A stretch of 62,922 nucleotides of DNA, counting the filler, from Chiloscyllium plagiosum (taxonomy: Eukaryota), in assembly GCF_004010195.1 (NCBI RefSeq). It is 5 parts of one record of this genome, joined end to end, with 100 filler letters (N's around TTAATTAATTAA, not from the genome) between each part and the next. Parts side by side here need not be neighbours in the genome. Positions count along the whole stretch, not along the records: positions 27,023 to 45,634 come from NC_057712.1; positions 45,735 to 51,329 come from NC_057712.1; positions 51,430 to 59,866 come from NC_057712.1; 2 more parts are not named here. The stretch is one strand, 5' to 3'. This document shows positions 39,594-53,149 of the stretch, piece by piece. Positions within the stretch are counted from its first letter, which is position 1, and each line of letters opens with the position of its first letter. A program made the translations under genes and the position numbers. Below the pieces are notes generated by a model. That model made no database searches. It had not been told where the DNA came from and worked only from the letters and a program-made list of their open reading frames with translations.

Positions 39594-41668
39594 TTGACTA
39601 GGATAAACTGGCCAAGAATATTTAAGGTGGACAGGCAATGGCAGACATTTAAAGAACATATGGATGAACTTCAACAATTGTGCATACCTGTCTGGCTTAA
39701 GAGGAAAACAGGGAAGGTGGCTCAATCATGGCTAACAAGGGAAATCAGAAATAATGTTAAAGCAAAAGAGGAGGCATATAAATTGGCCAGAAAAAGGAGC
39801 AAACCTGAGGACTAAGGGAAATTTGAAAGTCAGCAGAGGAGGACAAAGGGTTTAATTTAGAAAGGGAAATAAAATATGAATGTACGCTTGCGAAAAACAT
39901 AAAAACTGACTGCAAAAGCTTCTATAGATATGTGAAGAGAAAAAGACTGGTGAAGACAAATGTAGGTCCCTTGCAGTTAGAATCAGGTGAATTCATAATG
40001 CACAACAAAGAGAGGGCAAACCAGTTGAACAAATACTTTGGATCTGTCTTCACTAAGGAAGACTCAAATAATCTTCAGGAAATCCTACAGGACAGAGGGT
40101 CAAGCATGAGGGAGGAACTGAAGAAAATCCTTATTAGTGAGGAAATGGTACTGGGGAAACTGATGGGACTAAAACCCGAAAAGTCCCCAGGGCCTGATGC
40201 TCAACATCCAAGAGTACTTAAGGAAGTGGCCCTAGAAATAGTGGATGCAATGGTGATCATTTTCCAATATTCTGTAGACTCTGGAAGAGTTCTAATGGAC
40301 TGGATGGTATCTAATGTAACCCCATTCTTCTGACATTGATCCAGCATTTTCCCCACAACCAATCATTAAGGATGTAATAACTAAACATTTGGAAAGCAGT
40401 GACAGAATCGGTCCTCATCAGCATGGATTCACTAAAGGGAAATCATGCTTGACAGATCTTCCGGAATTTTTTTTGAGCATGTGACCAGTAAAGTAGATGA
40501 TGGTGAATCAGTAGGTGCTGTGTATTTGCGTTTGACAAGGTTCCACTCACAAGATTAGTCAGGAAAATTAAAGCTCATGATATTGGAGGTAATGTATTGA
40601 CATGGATACAGAACTGGTTGGCAGACAGGAAGCAAAGAGTTGGAATAAATGGGCTCTTTTCAGAGTGGCTGGCAGTGACAAGTGGGGTATTGCAGGGTTC
40701 AGTGCTGGGACCTCAGCTGTTCACGATATACATTAATGATTTGGACAAGGGATTTGAATGCCATACCTCCAAATATGCAAATAGCACTAAGCTGGGTGGC
40801 AGTGTGTGATATGAGGAGGATACTAAGAGGCTGCAGGGTGACTTGAACAGATTGGCTAAGAGGGCAAATACTTGGCAAATGCAATGTAATGTCAATAAAT
40901 GTGAGGTTATCCACTTTGGTCACAAAAACAGGAAGGCAGATTGCTATCTGGATGGTTGCAGTCTAGGAAAGGATGAGGTGCAACAAGACCTGGGTGTCTT
41001 GGTGGAACAGTCGCTGAAGGTTAGCATGCAGGTGCAGCAGGAGGTGAGGAAAGCTAATGGCATGCTGGCCTTCATAGCGAGAGGACTGGTGTATCGGAGT
41101 AAGGATGTCTTGCTACAGTTATACAGGGCCTTGGTGAGTATTGTGTGCAGTTTTGGTCTCCTAGTCTGAGGAATGACATTCTTGCTATTGAGAGAATCCA
41201 GTGAAGGTTCACCAAACTGATTCCCGGGATGGCAGGACTGACATATGAGGAAAGACTGGATCGACTGGGCTTGCATTCACTGGAATTTAGAAAAATGAGG
41301 GAGCAATCTCAGAAACATTTAAGATCCTGATGAAACTGGACAGGCTAGATGTGGGAAGAATGTTCCCGATGCTGGGGAAATCCAGAACAAGGGGTCACAG
41401 TCTAACAATAAGGGGTAAGCCATTCAGGTCTGAGATGAGGAAGAATTTCTTCAGAGTTGTGAACCTGTGGAATTCTCTCCCACAGGAAGCTGTTGGAGCC
41501 AATTAATTAGATGTATTCAAGAGAGAGCAGCTAAAGTGATTAAGAGGGTATGGGGAGAGGGTGGAACTGGGATACTGAGATTGCACCATCAGCCATGATC
41601 ATATTGAATGATGATGCAGGCTCAAAGGGCCAAATGGCTCTCCTCCTGTACCTATTTTCTATGTTTCC
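39594..41668 (+). mobile_element. CR1 LINE, 5'-truncated, ORF2 to 3' end
   Basis: ORFs 39594-41169 with RT motifs ([22 protein letters not shown]). Ends TTTCTATGTTTC. Confidence 0.93.
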
Positions 41669-41779
41669 TCGAAGCCAGTATTGAATTATCGACTAAATTT
41701 ATTTGTACTTCTACTTTGCTTGTAAAACTAAATGATTGAGTTCAAAGATTTGTCTAGTACTTTTTTCTTCATATAAAAT

Positions 41780-42230
41780 TAAAGAACTGTAGATGCTGGA
41801 GGAACCCAGCTGATTTAATAGCATCTATGGAGAGAAACAGTTAATGGTTCATGTCCAATAAGACTCTTTTCCAAAATAAAGGGTACTAGAAAATGTTTTT
41901 ATGTTGTTAACTAAGGGGGAGGAGGACCAAATGCAGCAGATGGTAAGGGTGCCTAAAGCAAAAGACAAATGGAGTGCTAATGATAGTATTGACTCAGAAT
42001 AAGTGTTTATGGTAGATGTGAATAGTAGAAATAGGTTACCACCACTGACCAATGCAAACAAGACACTGAAGGGGTGGTAGGGAGTAATCAAAATGGAGGA
42101 CAGTGTTCATGCTCTGAAGTTGTTGATCTTATTGAGGCTTGTAAAGTGCCGAAACAAAGAATGAGGTGCTGCTCTTCCAGCATGCACTGGGCTTTGCTGA
42201 AGTTATTGTTTTTGAGACTGGGAGTTGTAG
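41780..42230 (-). mobile_element. Penelope-like element 3' end
   Basis: Minus strand AQCMLEEQHLILCFGTLQAS (GIY-YIG C-terminus) followed by 3' region and family B tail. Confidence 0.7.
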
Positions 42231-42456
42231 GATGTTTGAAAAGAAAATGAATGCAATTTTCTTTCAAGGTCCATATCGGTTTAGTCATCAATTTACCACT
42301 AGTAAATTTGATATAAACTGCAAAGTGCTGCCATTCAAGATAGAATATGTGAAAACTAGTAGAAAAATACTGTAGACTAAAATTACCAAAGAAAATTGGA
42401 GAAACCCAATGGAACTTTGACAGAACCTTTGGGTTACAAGCTTGCAGATAAGAATT

Positions 42457-42783
42457 GGGGCTGCAAGGTGGCTCAGTGGTTAACTCTGCTGCCTCACAGC
42501 GCCAGGCACCCGGGTTCGATTCAAGCCTCAGGCAACTGTCTGTGTGGAGTTTGCATGTTCTCCCCGTGTCTGTGCGGGTTTCCTCCGGGTGCCCTGGTTT
42601 CCTCCCACAGTCCAAAGATGTGCAGGTCAAGTGAATTGGCCATGCTAAAATTGCCCATAGTGTTAGGTGTATTAGTCAGGGGTAAATGTAGGGTAGGGGA
42701 CTCGGTCTGGGTGGGTCTCAGAGGGTCGGTGTGACTTGTTGGGCCGAAGGGCCTGTTTCCATACTGTAGGGAATCTAATCTAA
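42457..42783 (+). mobile_element. HE1-like V-SINE
   Basis: Complete head to (AATCT)n tail. Confidence 0.88.
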
Positions 42784-43102
42784 AAATTGAAATTGTACAC
42801 TCAAGAAAAACCATCAAAATTAATTCACACTTCTGTGGCAATGGAAATATAGAAAACATCTTAGAATCCAACTGACAATGAATCAATCAGTCTTTGTGTA
42901 TTGCTGGAACAGACAGATACTTGAAACACAAAAATAACATATTTTCCTCAATGGGATGACTGCAATGTTCAGTCGCATGTGAGGAAAACTAATGGAACAG
43001 GAAACACTCAGATTTTGCCAAGTGTCTGAAAAGCTGGGGCTATGTGATACTTGTTGACAACAAAGCACCAGAAGTAAAATATTTGATATTCAGACTCCTT
43101 AC

Positions 43103-43239
43103 CAAAGTCTTGGGTGAGGGTTTTCTTCAATGAACGCACAGGCATCTTCAATTCCAACAGTTTCTATAAGGCTTCGGCTATCACGTAGAGAACGAATTTC
43201 AAAATTAATGATGTAGTCCTTGTTGGGCTGGCTTGGCTC
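43103..43239 (-). CDS. WDR35: WDR35 internal coding exon
   Basis: 137 nt, AG/GT, reads [45 protein letters not shown]+TG. The split Trp codon is completed by the next exon. Confidence 0.95.
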
Positions 43240-43350
43240 CTAAGAGAAAAATCAATAGAGACCACCTTTACTAAAGTAAGTCCACAGAATAAATGATCAA
43301 CAACATCTTTCTCATAAATTGATAAGTGACAAGTTCCTGCAAAATGTTGC

Positions 43351-43505
43351 TGGGACAGTGGTTCAGTGGTTAGCACTGCTACCTCACTGCTCAGGGATCC
43401 AGGTTCAATTCCAACCTTGGGTGACTGTGTCGAGTTTGCATTTTGTCGCTGTGTCTGCGTGGGTTTCCGATGGGTGCTCCAGTTTCCTCCCACAATCCAA
43501 AGATG
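43351..43505 (+). mobile_element. HE1-like V-SINE, 3'-truncated
   Basis: Head and V-domain only. Confidence 0.75.
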
Positions 43506-43885
43506 GTCCTTTGACCCAAGGCAACCTGGGCTCAGCCAGCATTGGCCACATCCCATTAAATAGAACATGTTAAATAATAAAATATTTTTTAAATGCTGGG
43601 CTGTGACATTGTCACTGGGTCTGATGACTAGAGTTTTAGAATTGTTACCATATTCACAAACAGCCTCCATGATTCCTCATGAATATTGGGGTTGAGTGTT
43701 TAAAAACAGTTGGACCAATTACACAGAGGCACTTCAAAACAGCAAATAGTTTCTTCATGGATAAGCAGTAGAAAATAAGTAATTAAATTAGGAAAAAGTG
43801 CATATGATTAATGATCTTTGCCAACATTAACTGTACAAATAGTCTTCCAATGATTTACATTTTATATATGATGAATACTGCATTA

Positions 43886-43975
<90 letters not shown>

Positions 43976-45217
43976 CTATAAAAATAATTGAACAGTCTAG
44001 TATTAAATTCACCAAGAAGAAAATCTGCTGTTGCACAAAATTAGTTTCAATATCTTACTTACCTAATGAATGGTGCTCAACACTATCTTTGTTACAAATG
44101 AATGGAAGTACAAACTCCAAAAATACATCATGTTCCAAAACAGACCAAGAAAAATTTACAGCTAAAAAAACACAACATGTGGCAAATACCATAAAACTAA
44201 AACATATGTCAGGCTTTCCGAATAAACCTGTATTCAAATAGTACAAGCAAACATTCTAGCTAGCAGGGAGTCTGCCAAACTATACTTTTGTGATTGGTTT
44301 TTCTTATAAAACCCCTTAAGCTCCTAGTTTATTATGAGTGCCATTACCAATAATTTGATTTGACGAAGTGGAACTGAGAACGAGTAGCAGCATCAGCCCC
44401 TTTAACATTACATACAGATGGGGCCTTTAGATGTTGTCAGGAAAGAGATGTTGTTTGGAAGAAGAATTAACCAACATACAGGCCACTGCCTAATTTGATT
44501 AGACATTAAAAATCAGAGCTCAAGATTGGAAAGTAGTTACAATTGTCATTCCTTCTGGGACACCCTTATTTACTATTTTACAAACCTATCACCTACATTT
44601 TTTATCCTTTGACCATTCACCTATTAATTTAAAGCTGTATAATGCTCACACTACAGACCAGGGCCACAAATAGTGGGCGGAATGTTCTGTTATGGAGTAG
44701 CAGTACGGCAAATCTTTTGGTGGGATGGAGCAAGAAATGTCCCCGGCACCATATTTTAAAGACAACCAGCTAAACATTTATGCCCTGCAAGCCAGGAGCA
44801 TCATTTGGGTTGTTGGAGATGATGCCTACAGCTAGACATTATGGGCTAATAGCATTCCGTGGCCAACTTGGGTCTGCTAACTAGACAGACTTTCATCCAT
44901 GGCCACATGCATCTACTCTGGAAAGCCTCTGTGATGCATGGCAATTACAGCCCTGCCTTTCTCCTTTGGTCAATTGCTAGGGCAACTTTGACAATCATCA
45001 CCCAATGTCAATGATAGTATGGCAAGGTGAAAGCTCCCCAAAAAGGACAAAGCAGTAGCTACTCGCTCGAATGCTCAACAAGTACAATGTCTTGTCTGCT
45101 ACATACAATCAGAAGGCAGGCAGATGGGATTCAATTAGAATGGCATCATGGTCGCCACAGACAGGTTGCGTCAAAAGACCTGTTGCTGTGTTGTAACATT
45201 CTATGATCTATAAAGCA

Positions 45218-45634
45218 CATAGAGTCATAGAGATGTACAGCATGGAAAGAGACTCTTCGATACAACTTGTCCATGCCGAGCAGATATCCTAAATATATCT
45301 AGTCCCATTTGCCAGCACTTTGGCCCATATCCCTCTAAACCCTTACTAATCATATACCCATTCAAATACCTTTTAAATGTTGTAATTGTACCAGCCTCCA
45401 CCACTTCCTCTGACAGCTCATTCCAAACATGCACCTCCCTCTGCATGAAAGAATTACCCCTTAGGTACCTTTTATATCTTTCCCTTCTCAGCTTAAACCT
45501 ATGGCCTGTAGTTCTGGACTCCCCCGACCCCGGGGAAAAGGCCTTGACTATTTACCCTATCCCCTCATGATTTTATAAGACCATAAGACATAGGAGTGGA
45601 AGTAAGGCCATTCGGCCCATCGAGTCCACTCCGC
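45218..45634 (-). mobile_element. CR1 3' fragments
   Basis: ORF 45225-45446 (VWNELSEEVVEAGTITTFKRYL). A second 3' end begins at about 45575. Confidence 0.85.
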
Positions 45635-45734
45635 NNNNNNNNNNNNNNNNNNNNNNNNNNNNNNNNNNNNNNNNNNNNTTAATTAATTAANNNNNNNNNN
45701 NNNNNNNNNNNNNNNNNNNNNNNNNNNNNNNNNN

Positions 45735-46360
45735 CACTACTTCCCTGGGTCCCACCCCCCCCACCTTACTAGTTTAAATCCTCCCAAGCAGCTCTAGCAA
45801 ATTTCCCTGCCAGTATATTAGTCCCCTTCCAATTTAGGTGCAATTCGTCCTTCTTGTACAGGTCACTCCTACCCCAAAAAAGATTTCAAAGATCCAAAAA
45901 TGTGAATCCTTCTCCCATACACCAGCTCCTCAGCCATGTATTCACCTGCTCAATCCTCCTATTCCTGCCCTCACTTGCTTGTAGCACTGGGAGTAATCCA
46001 GATATTATTACCCTTGAGGACCTCCTTTTCAAATTTCTACCTAACTCTCTGTAATCTCCCTTCAGAGTCTCAACCTTTTCCCTTCCTATATCGTTGGTTC
46101 CAATGTGGACAATGACCTCTTGCTGGCCCCTCTCTCCCTTGAGAACATTCTGCACCCTCTCTGAGACATCCTTGATCCTGGCACCAGGGAAACAACACAC
46201 CATTCTGATTCTTCGCTGCTGGCCACAGAAACATCTGTCTGTACCTCGGACTACAGAATCCCCTAACACAATTGATCTCTCGGAAGCTGACGTACCCCTC
46301 GTTGTATTAGAGCCAGTCTCAATACCAGAAACTTGGCTATTTGTGCTACGTTCCCCTGAG
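45735..46360 (-). mobile_element. CR1 ORF1 fragment (SGNH esterase domain)
   Basis: ORF 45886-46371: IVLGDSVVRG, CCFPGARIKDV, VIVHIGTNDIG, typical CR1 ORF1 esterase blocks. Confidence 0.9.
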
Positions 46361-47287
46361 ACTGACCTCAATGCAGTATTCTTCCTGTCATCTGGACTAC
46401 TGCATTAAAAGGAGATGGAATCCATAGGCATTCGAATGTGGGAGAATTCTCTCTCCAACCTTGCTTTTTCGAACCTTAAGAGCTTTGTCTGGGCTCGGAA
46501 TTGATTGATTGCTCTGGAAGCTTTTCAGGGGGAGGGGAAGGCGACATCCAACAATTATAAGTCTTGTCCAACTTTCCATTCCTTCTGGGGTTCCTGAATT
46601 TCCTACCATTGTAGCAGTGCTGAAAACATTCTGGGCATTATCTTTGGAAAAAAAAATACTTTTTACATAGATGTTATTCGCTACAAACATGATTGCATTG
46701 AACTGCAGAAGCAGCCTTCAATCTAAGTCAAGTTAAAGGAGAAAAAGGACCTACGCTTCCAAGAGAATTACTCTTCTGTGGTTCATGTTTTCCAGCAGGA
46801 AATTCAAGGTATGAGGCAATCAGCCCTGGTCTACAATGTCAATATCTTTCTATTCTGATGAAATAGAATCTTGGGTTGAAAGAATTATTGTGGGAACATT
46901 AATTTCTGTTCCTTTTCTTGCATAATTTGCAATTAGTTTAAAAACCACAATGGAATTGACTCCAGGATCCACCACACCCAAAGTGCCACAGCATCTTGAT
47001 GACAGACAATAAGAACAATGGTGCCTAATGAGCAGATCACTGCTCCAGGCAGCTGGATGTACTTTACCGAAACCTGCAGAGCAACTCTCCATAAAGCACA
47101 CCAAGCACCTTGGTTTATTCAGGTTAGGCGAAAGCTCAATAATGCAGGAGACAGACCAAAAAAATCTCTGTCGCAAACCATCCCTTTGTAACACATGTCC
47201 CTAATATGACAACAAAATATAGCAGACGCTGGGAAGGTGAAATAAAACAGAAACTGCTGGAAATGCTCAACATCTGAGCAGAGAACC

Positions 47288-47845
47288 ATAGAATCAAAGT
47301 CATAAAGACGTACAGCATGGAAACAGACCCTGCAGTGTAACTTGTCCATGCCGACCAGATATTCTAACCTAATCTAGTCCCATTTACCAGCATTTGGCTC
47401 ATATCCCCCTAACCCCTTCCTAATCATATATTCACCCAGATGCCTGTTAAATGCTGTAATTGTACCAGCTTCTACCACTTCCTCTGGCAGCTCATTCCAT
47501 ACATGCACCCCACTCTGTGTGAAAAAGTTGCTCCTTAGATCTTTTTTAAAACCTTTCCCCTCTCACCTGAACCCTATGCCCTCCAGTTTTGGGACTCCAT
47601 CACACCAGGGAATTGACCTTGTCTATTTACCCTATCCATGCCCCTCATGATTTTATAAACCTCTATAAGGTCACCCCTCAGTCTGCCACACTCCAGGAAA
47701 TACAGCCCCAGCCTTTTTCACCCTTTCCCTGTAGCTCAAATCCTCCAACCCTGGCCACATCCTTATAAATCTTTTCTGAACCCTTTCATGTTTCACAACA
47801 TCCTTCCTATAGGAGGGAAACCAGAATTGTATGCAATATTCCAGA
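47288..47845 (-). mobile_element. CR1 3' fragment, inserted in a PLE tail
   Basis: LEYCIQFWFPSYRKDV...ERVQKRF and CR1 3' UTR. Confidence 0.88.
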
Positions 47846-49949
47846 AGTAATACAGCAGGATGAAATATCATAAAACCCGGCAGTACGAGGATCAACGCGT
47901 CACATCCTTGTACGTCATATATTGGAAATGCAGTATAAAATGAACAGCATAATTCTAGGTAGGGATCCTTCACAGTGTCCTTCTCAGGAACTCTGGTCTA
48001 TGCCAGCCATCTTCTTCCAAAGAATTGTTGTATCTTCAGCATTACAATCTTCTGAGATAACATTGCTCTTCCAATACTGACTTCTGGGGCATCCTACTAT
48101 TAATCACTCCACTGTTGGTAACCATGCCAATGCCTGCTAAGACCCTCAGTACGACAGTTCTTTCCGTACAAGTCTCCACCTTGCTTTCGTCCTTTAATGC
48201 ATTCCTTAATAGCTCCCTCTTGGACTAAGATGGTGGATATAGCTCAAAACATCCTGCACCCAATTCGTCTGATCTGCCCTTTTATCTCCTTATCTGGTTC
48301 AGTGTCAAATTTTGTTTGATAATGTTCCTGCGAAGTCTCTTGGAATGGTTTATCTCATTGAAGCTGCTATATAAAGGCAAGTTGTGGATATTGCTGCTTT
48401 TATTGTTGATAACAGATCCACTTTGTACTTCTGGCATATTATTTGTTTATTTTTGATCCAACTAGTTACTTAGCATCATATATTTAACTCACTCAGTTAC
48501 ATACTGTTGTAAATTTGTCACTATCTTACATTACAAGCAACAGAAAAGGGGCAAGTGTGCTGTCCTTTTGGCTGTTTTGTATGACTTTATGTGCCTGTCA
48601 TTGTGATGTCAGCTCTGAAGAACATTAAAAATAGTTGCTCCTTTGAGAATCTGGTCTTAGAGATTTAGGTAGAAATTACATTCAATCATTTCTTAACATT
48701 CTCTTAACAAACAGTAGAACTAACAAATTAGACTTGTTTACTTGCAGGGACAATTAGAAAGCGAAGTAAATGGTCCTCTCAAGGAATCCAACAGCATTAA
48801 TTGATATTTTTGTAATATCTATTGTGGGCTCAAAAATTCAATATTCAGTAACAACTGGGTAGCTAGAAGGTTAAGAAAAGAATTCTCTCAATTTTACCAT
48901 AACATAGCTGCTCTACATAGGTTCATTAAGATGAAGTATTCCTCATTGTAAAAAAATGCACTTTTTTGTCACAATCTCAGAACAATGTATTAATTGGAAT
49001 ACGTTGTGCAAGGCTCTGTTTGGGAAACATGAAAGTCAGGATTTGATAGTCAAAATGAACATCATACAAAGAGTGAACATTATTGAAGACAGTGGTAAAT
49101 TCTGTACACTAGTATGTATCACTTCAGAATTATCTAAGTACTTAATGAAAATCAACTGTGAAAAGTTGCTCCACATTGGAATAAAATTAATGTCACAGAA
49201 AGACAAGTTTTTTTCACTCAAACATGCTCTTGTGATTTGAATAGTTTCCTTCTCTAATATGCTTCTTGGTCATAACTTACAGAACAGATTGTTGGACCTT
49301 GATAGCTCCGATACTGTAAAACTGATACGGCAAAGAGCATTTTTATTCAGGATGTTAAGAGAAAAGATCCATACAGTGCCTTTTGTGTTGTTTTTAAATT
49401 GATTCTTTCAAACTGCTGTAAAATACATCTCGTAAATTGCACAGGCCATCAGGCAATAATCAGCATGAATCCACTCTTTGTAATGGCTCTATTTTTGTGG
49501 CAGGATTTTTCTAAACTACAATTGAACTTCTCAGATGTTCAACTCCAGCAAATGACCAGGTTTCTTATTACGGAGCTGAGTCAAATATGTTAGAGCATGC
49601 AAAAGATTTCTGAGGAATGTAATAATTATGTACAAATATAGCCAGGTAATTCTGCATGGGAAAACACTGACAGCCAATTTTGTTGCAGTATAAATCAGAG
49701 ATTAGATTCATATGAAAATAGAAAATAAGAGCTGGAGAATTAAATTTACCTTTAACTCTGATGTATTAAAGCATTGTGGGCTATTGTAAAATATGTTTCT
49801 GTATTTTCACTGGGTTCAGCATTAGTGGAGTCCAAAAGTGAACAGAATGATGGGACCTTGCTCCCAGTGACTGCTAGCATGGCACAGGATGACCACAGTG
49901 TTTAAAGCCACTTGCACAAACATGCTGCGCATTTTACAGATATGATTTG

Positions 49950-50041
49950 GAGAACCTGATGAAGGAGCGACGCTTCGAAAGCTGGTGTGCTTCCAATTAA
50001 ACCTGTTGGACTATAACCTGGTGTTGTGTGATTTTTAATAC
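49950..50041 (+). mobile_element. PLE tail (family C) with hammerhead-like core at 49956-49984
   Basis: CTGATGA-A-GGAGC-GAC-GCTTC-GAAA-GCT. Direct repeat TTTACAGATA at 49933-49942 and 50042-50051. Confidence 0.7.
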
Positions 50042-50054
50042 TTTACAGATAGGT

Positions 50055-50887
50055 AGTCAGTATCTCATATTGACTTGACACCTCCCCTGTCATTTTAGAC
50101 TTTACAGAACCTGTTAACATTGTCTGAAATTTGCAACTGAAAATGAAAAGATCTGCATGAGGAACTCACCCATCGCTCCCTGCTCGCCCTCCTCTACACT
50201 TCCTTGCAAGTGCTATTTTAAGGCATCAGAGTTCAGTGTTTAATTGAGGCCGTTCTGCCTGTCTTTCACTGTTGCAGAGCTAATGGAATTAGTGCATCCC
50301 TGAGGGACATAAAAGGAGCCTCTTTAGTTCAACAGGAGGGATGCTGAAATTTTGGAAGGAATAAGTGAATTTCAAGGACCTCGAGCAAACAGTTTGCTCT
50401 CAGTCATCGGAGCTCTAAAGATGGAACAGAGGTGACAGAGGGTGGAGGAGGAGAAAAGAGCATTTGTCCTTGTCCCTCCTCAACACAATTTGTTCTGGTT
50501 TTACTGGTTTCAGTCAACTGTGCCAGTCCCTCCAACTGAACTTAAAACCAAAGAGCAAGACCAAGACAGCACTGTCAAAATTAATGTACCTTCAATTTTA
50601 TGCCACATTGGCTGAATCAGTGACCATATGAGTCTTCTGTCTGATCTCTTGCTCCATCACTCTGACTTTACCCTGCTCACAATTAGCTTCCAGTCACTGC
50701 TGCAGTCCGCATGTGCAGCTCCCTTTAAGAAGCATAGGCTTGAAGTACTCAGCTTTGAGTAGCACTGTGCAACATGCTACAATCATGTAGGTGGACAGGC
50801 AGCATATATTACTTCAATCAGGTGTCAGATAATGACACACCATGATCCCCAAGCACATTAATGGAACGTTGTTAAAATTCTAGCCCT
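50055..50887 (-). mobile_element. Possible non-autonomous Harbinger-derived element
   Basis: Terminus reads GGGCTAGAATTTTAAC on the minus strand, followed by MEQEIRQKTHMVTDSA, resembling a Myb/SANT N-terminus. Confidence 0.35.
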
Positions 50888-51188
50888 GTCTATTTTATTT
50901 GTTAACTTCAAAAGAATTTCCATGAAACAGTATGTGCATTCATGATAATTTTCCTGAGATCCTACAAGTACATTAAAGGGAAAAGAGTAAGTAGGGAGGG
51001 AATGGAGCCTCTTAAAGATCAACATGGCCATCAATGTGTGGAACCACAGGAAATGGGAGAGATACTAAATGACTATTTCCCCTCAGTATTTACCATGGAG
51101 AAAAACATGGAAGCTAGCTGAATTGGAGAAATAAATAGTGATGTCTTCACATGATAGAAGAGGAGGTGCTGGAAGTTTTAAAATGCAG

Positions 51189-51669
51189 GAGAAAGTGAGG
51201 ACTGCAGATGCTGGAGATCAGAGCTGAAAATGTGTTGCTGGAAAAGCGCAGCAGGTCAGGCAGCATTCAAGGAACAGGAGAATCGACGTTTCGGGCATGA
51301 GCCCTTCTTCAGGAATGAGGAAAGTGTGCNNNNNNNNNNNNNNNNNNNNNNNNNNNNNNNNNNNNNNNNNNNNTTAATTAATTAANNNNNNNNNNNNNNN
51401 NNNNNNNNNNNNNNNNNNNNNNNNNNNNNGCCTATCACCCTCACCTTAACCTCCTTCCACCTATCACATTCCCAACACCCCTCCCCCAAGTCCCTCCTCC
51501 CTACCTTTTATCTTAGCCTGCTTGGCACACCCTCCTCAATTCTGAAGAAGGGCTTATGCCCGAAACGTCGATTCTCCTTCTCCTTTGATGCTGCCTGACC
51601 TGCTGTGCTTTTCCAGCAACACATTTTTAAGCTCTGATCCCCAGCATCTGCAGTCCTCATTTTCTCCTG
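51189..51669. mobile_element. Young family A PLE with inverted tails flanking a scaffold gap
   Basis: 51189-51329 is the reverse complement of the tail in 51430-51669. Intact cores on both sides (+ core at 51542-51569). Confidence 0.75.
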
Positions 51670-51947
51670 GTATTTAGTAGACTCAATTTGAACTGCCAAA
51701 GTGTCTGGGTAGGATTAAAATCAACCCCAGGATGTTTTCTTATCACAAATACTGACAGATCTGCCGTCTATTTTCAGCTTTTCCAGCAACACATTTTTAA
51801 GCTCTGATCCCCAGCATCTGCAGTCCTCATTTTCTCCTGGTATTTAGTAGACTCAATTTGAACTGCCAAAGTGTCTGGGTAGGATTAAAATCAACCCCAG
51901 GATGTTTTCTTATCACAAATACTGACAGATCTGCCGTCTATTTTCAG
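51608..51947 (+). repeat. Exact 2 x 170-bp tandem duplication
   Basis: 51608-51777 is repeated at 51778-51947. Confidence 0.9.
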
Positions 51948-52211
51948 CATATCAGAAAGTTCTGGCAAAGAAATTTTTATTTGAAAAATTATTCCTTTGA
52001 CTGTAAATTATTTGTACTTCCAGGAGTTAAAATTGGTGCAACAGCATAACATGCCGTATGCTGACAACACAGCACTCGTGACAGAGTTGGAATATGGCAT
52101 ACATAATATTGTAGCTTTATTAATGAGAAGTTTTGAACGCTGAATTAGAAATTAAAGAAAAAGAGACCTTGGAAAGAAGGACATTAAGATATTTAAGATC
52201 ACAAGAACATA

Positions 52212-52553
52212 GGGGTGTCATGGTGGCTCAGTGGTTAGCACTGCTACCTCACAGCGCCAGGGACCCAGTTCGATTCCAGCCTCAGGCGACTGTATGTGTG
52301 GAGTTTGCACATTCTCCCCGTGTCTGCGCGGGTTTCCTCCGGGTGCTCCTGTTTCCTCCCACAATCCAAAGATTGTGCAGGTCAGGTCAGGTGAATTGGC
52401 CATGCTAAATTACCCATAGTGTCAGGTGCATTAGTCAGGGGTAAATATAGTGTAGGGGAATGGTTCTGGGTGGGTTGCTCTTCAGAGGTTCAGTGTGGAC
52501 TTGTTGGACCAAATGGCCTGTTTCCATACTGTAGGGAATCTAATCTAATCTAA
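52212..52553 (+). mobile_element. HE1-like V-SINE
   Basis: Full head, body and (AATCT)n tail. Confidence 0.88.
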
Positions 52554-52739
52554 TAAGAAATAGCAGCAGGAGTAGGCCATCTGGCCCGACGAGCATGCTC
52601 TGCCATTCAATAAAATCCTGGCAGAACTTTTTGTGAACTAAGTTCCATTCATATGCCTGCTTACCACAATCCTTCATTCCTTTACTGTTCAAATTACTTT
52701 GCCTTCCAAATGCCTAACGAGGTTGCCAAAAGTTCCATA

Positions 52740-53030
52740 TTCACACAACAAGACAAATGAAGAGGTACACAAAACTGGAAGGGCCAAAACAAAGTCCAAA
52801 GAGTGATATCCCAAAAATGCGTGTCAGTATTTTGGCCATTTGATCAGAGCTGAAAAACAACAGCAATGTCTACTAGCGGGCAAAGTTACGGGCAGTAGAA
52901 AGACAGGCTGACCGAAGCCCAGTTGGATGATAGAATGGTTACTGATGAGCCTCAGAGGGGTGTGAGGATAGTGTAAGCCAGGCCGTTTTGATATACTATG
53001 AAAGAATTCCCGAGGCAATAGTAGTTACAG
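52740..53030 (+). mobile_element. RTE-clade LINE 3' fragment
   Basis: TNEEV ... QYFGHLIRAEKQQQCLLAGKVTGSRKTG*PKPSWM matches the RTE FGHxxR...GKxxGxRxRGRP..W C-terminus. Confidence 0.7.
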
Positions 53031-53149
53031 TTAAAAGCAACAGCCATATTAAAACTTTCTTGTCCAAGCATTTAAATTGATCACAATGCATAAACTCTTA
53101 TACGACCTTTACTGATGGTGAGTAGCTGGCTCTTTTGGGGAATCTTCTA

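Noticed and set aside
44055..44246. ORF ending at a GTAAGT donor just upstream of the first WDR35 exon
   Set aside because: The translation does not resemble the expected preceding WDR35 exon.
45886..46371. Host SGNH/GDSL esterase gene
   Set aside because: It matches CR1 ORF1 architecture, is intronless and truncated, and abuts CR1 sequence at a gap.
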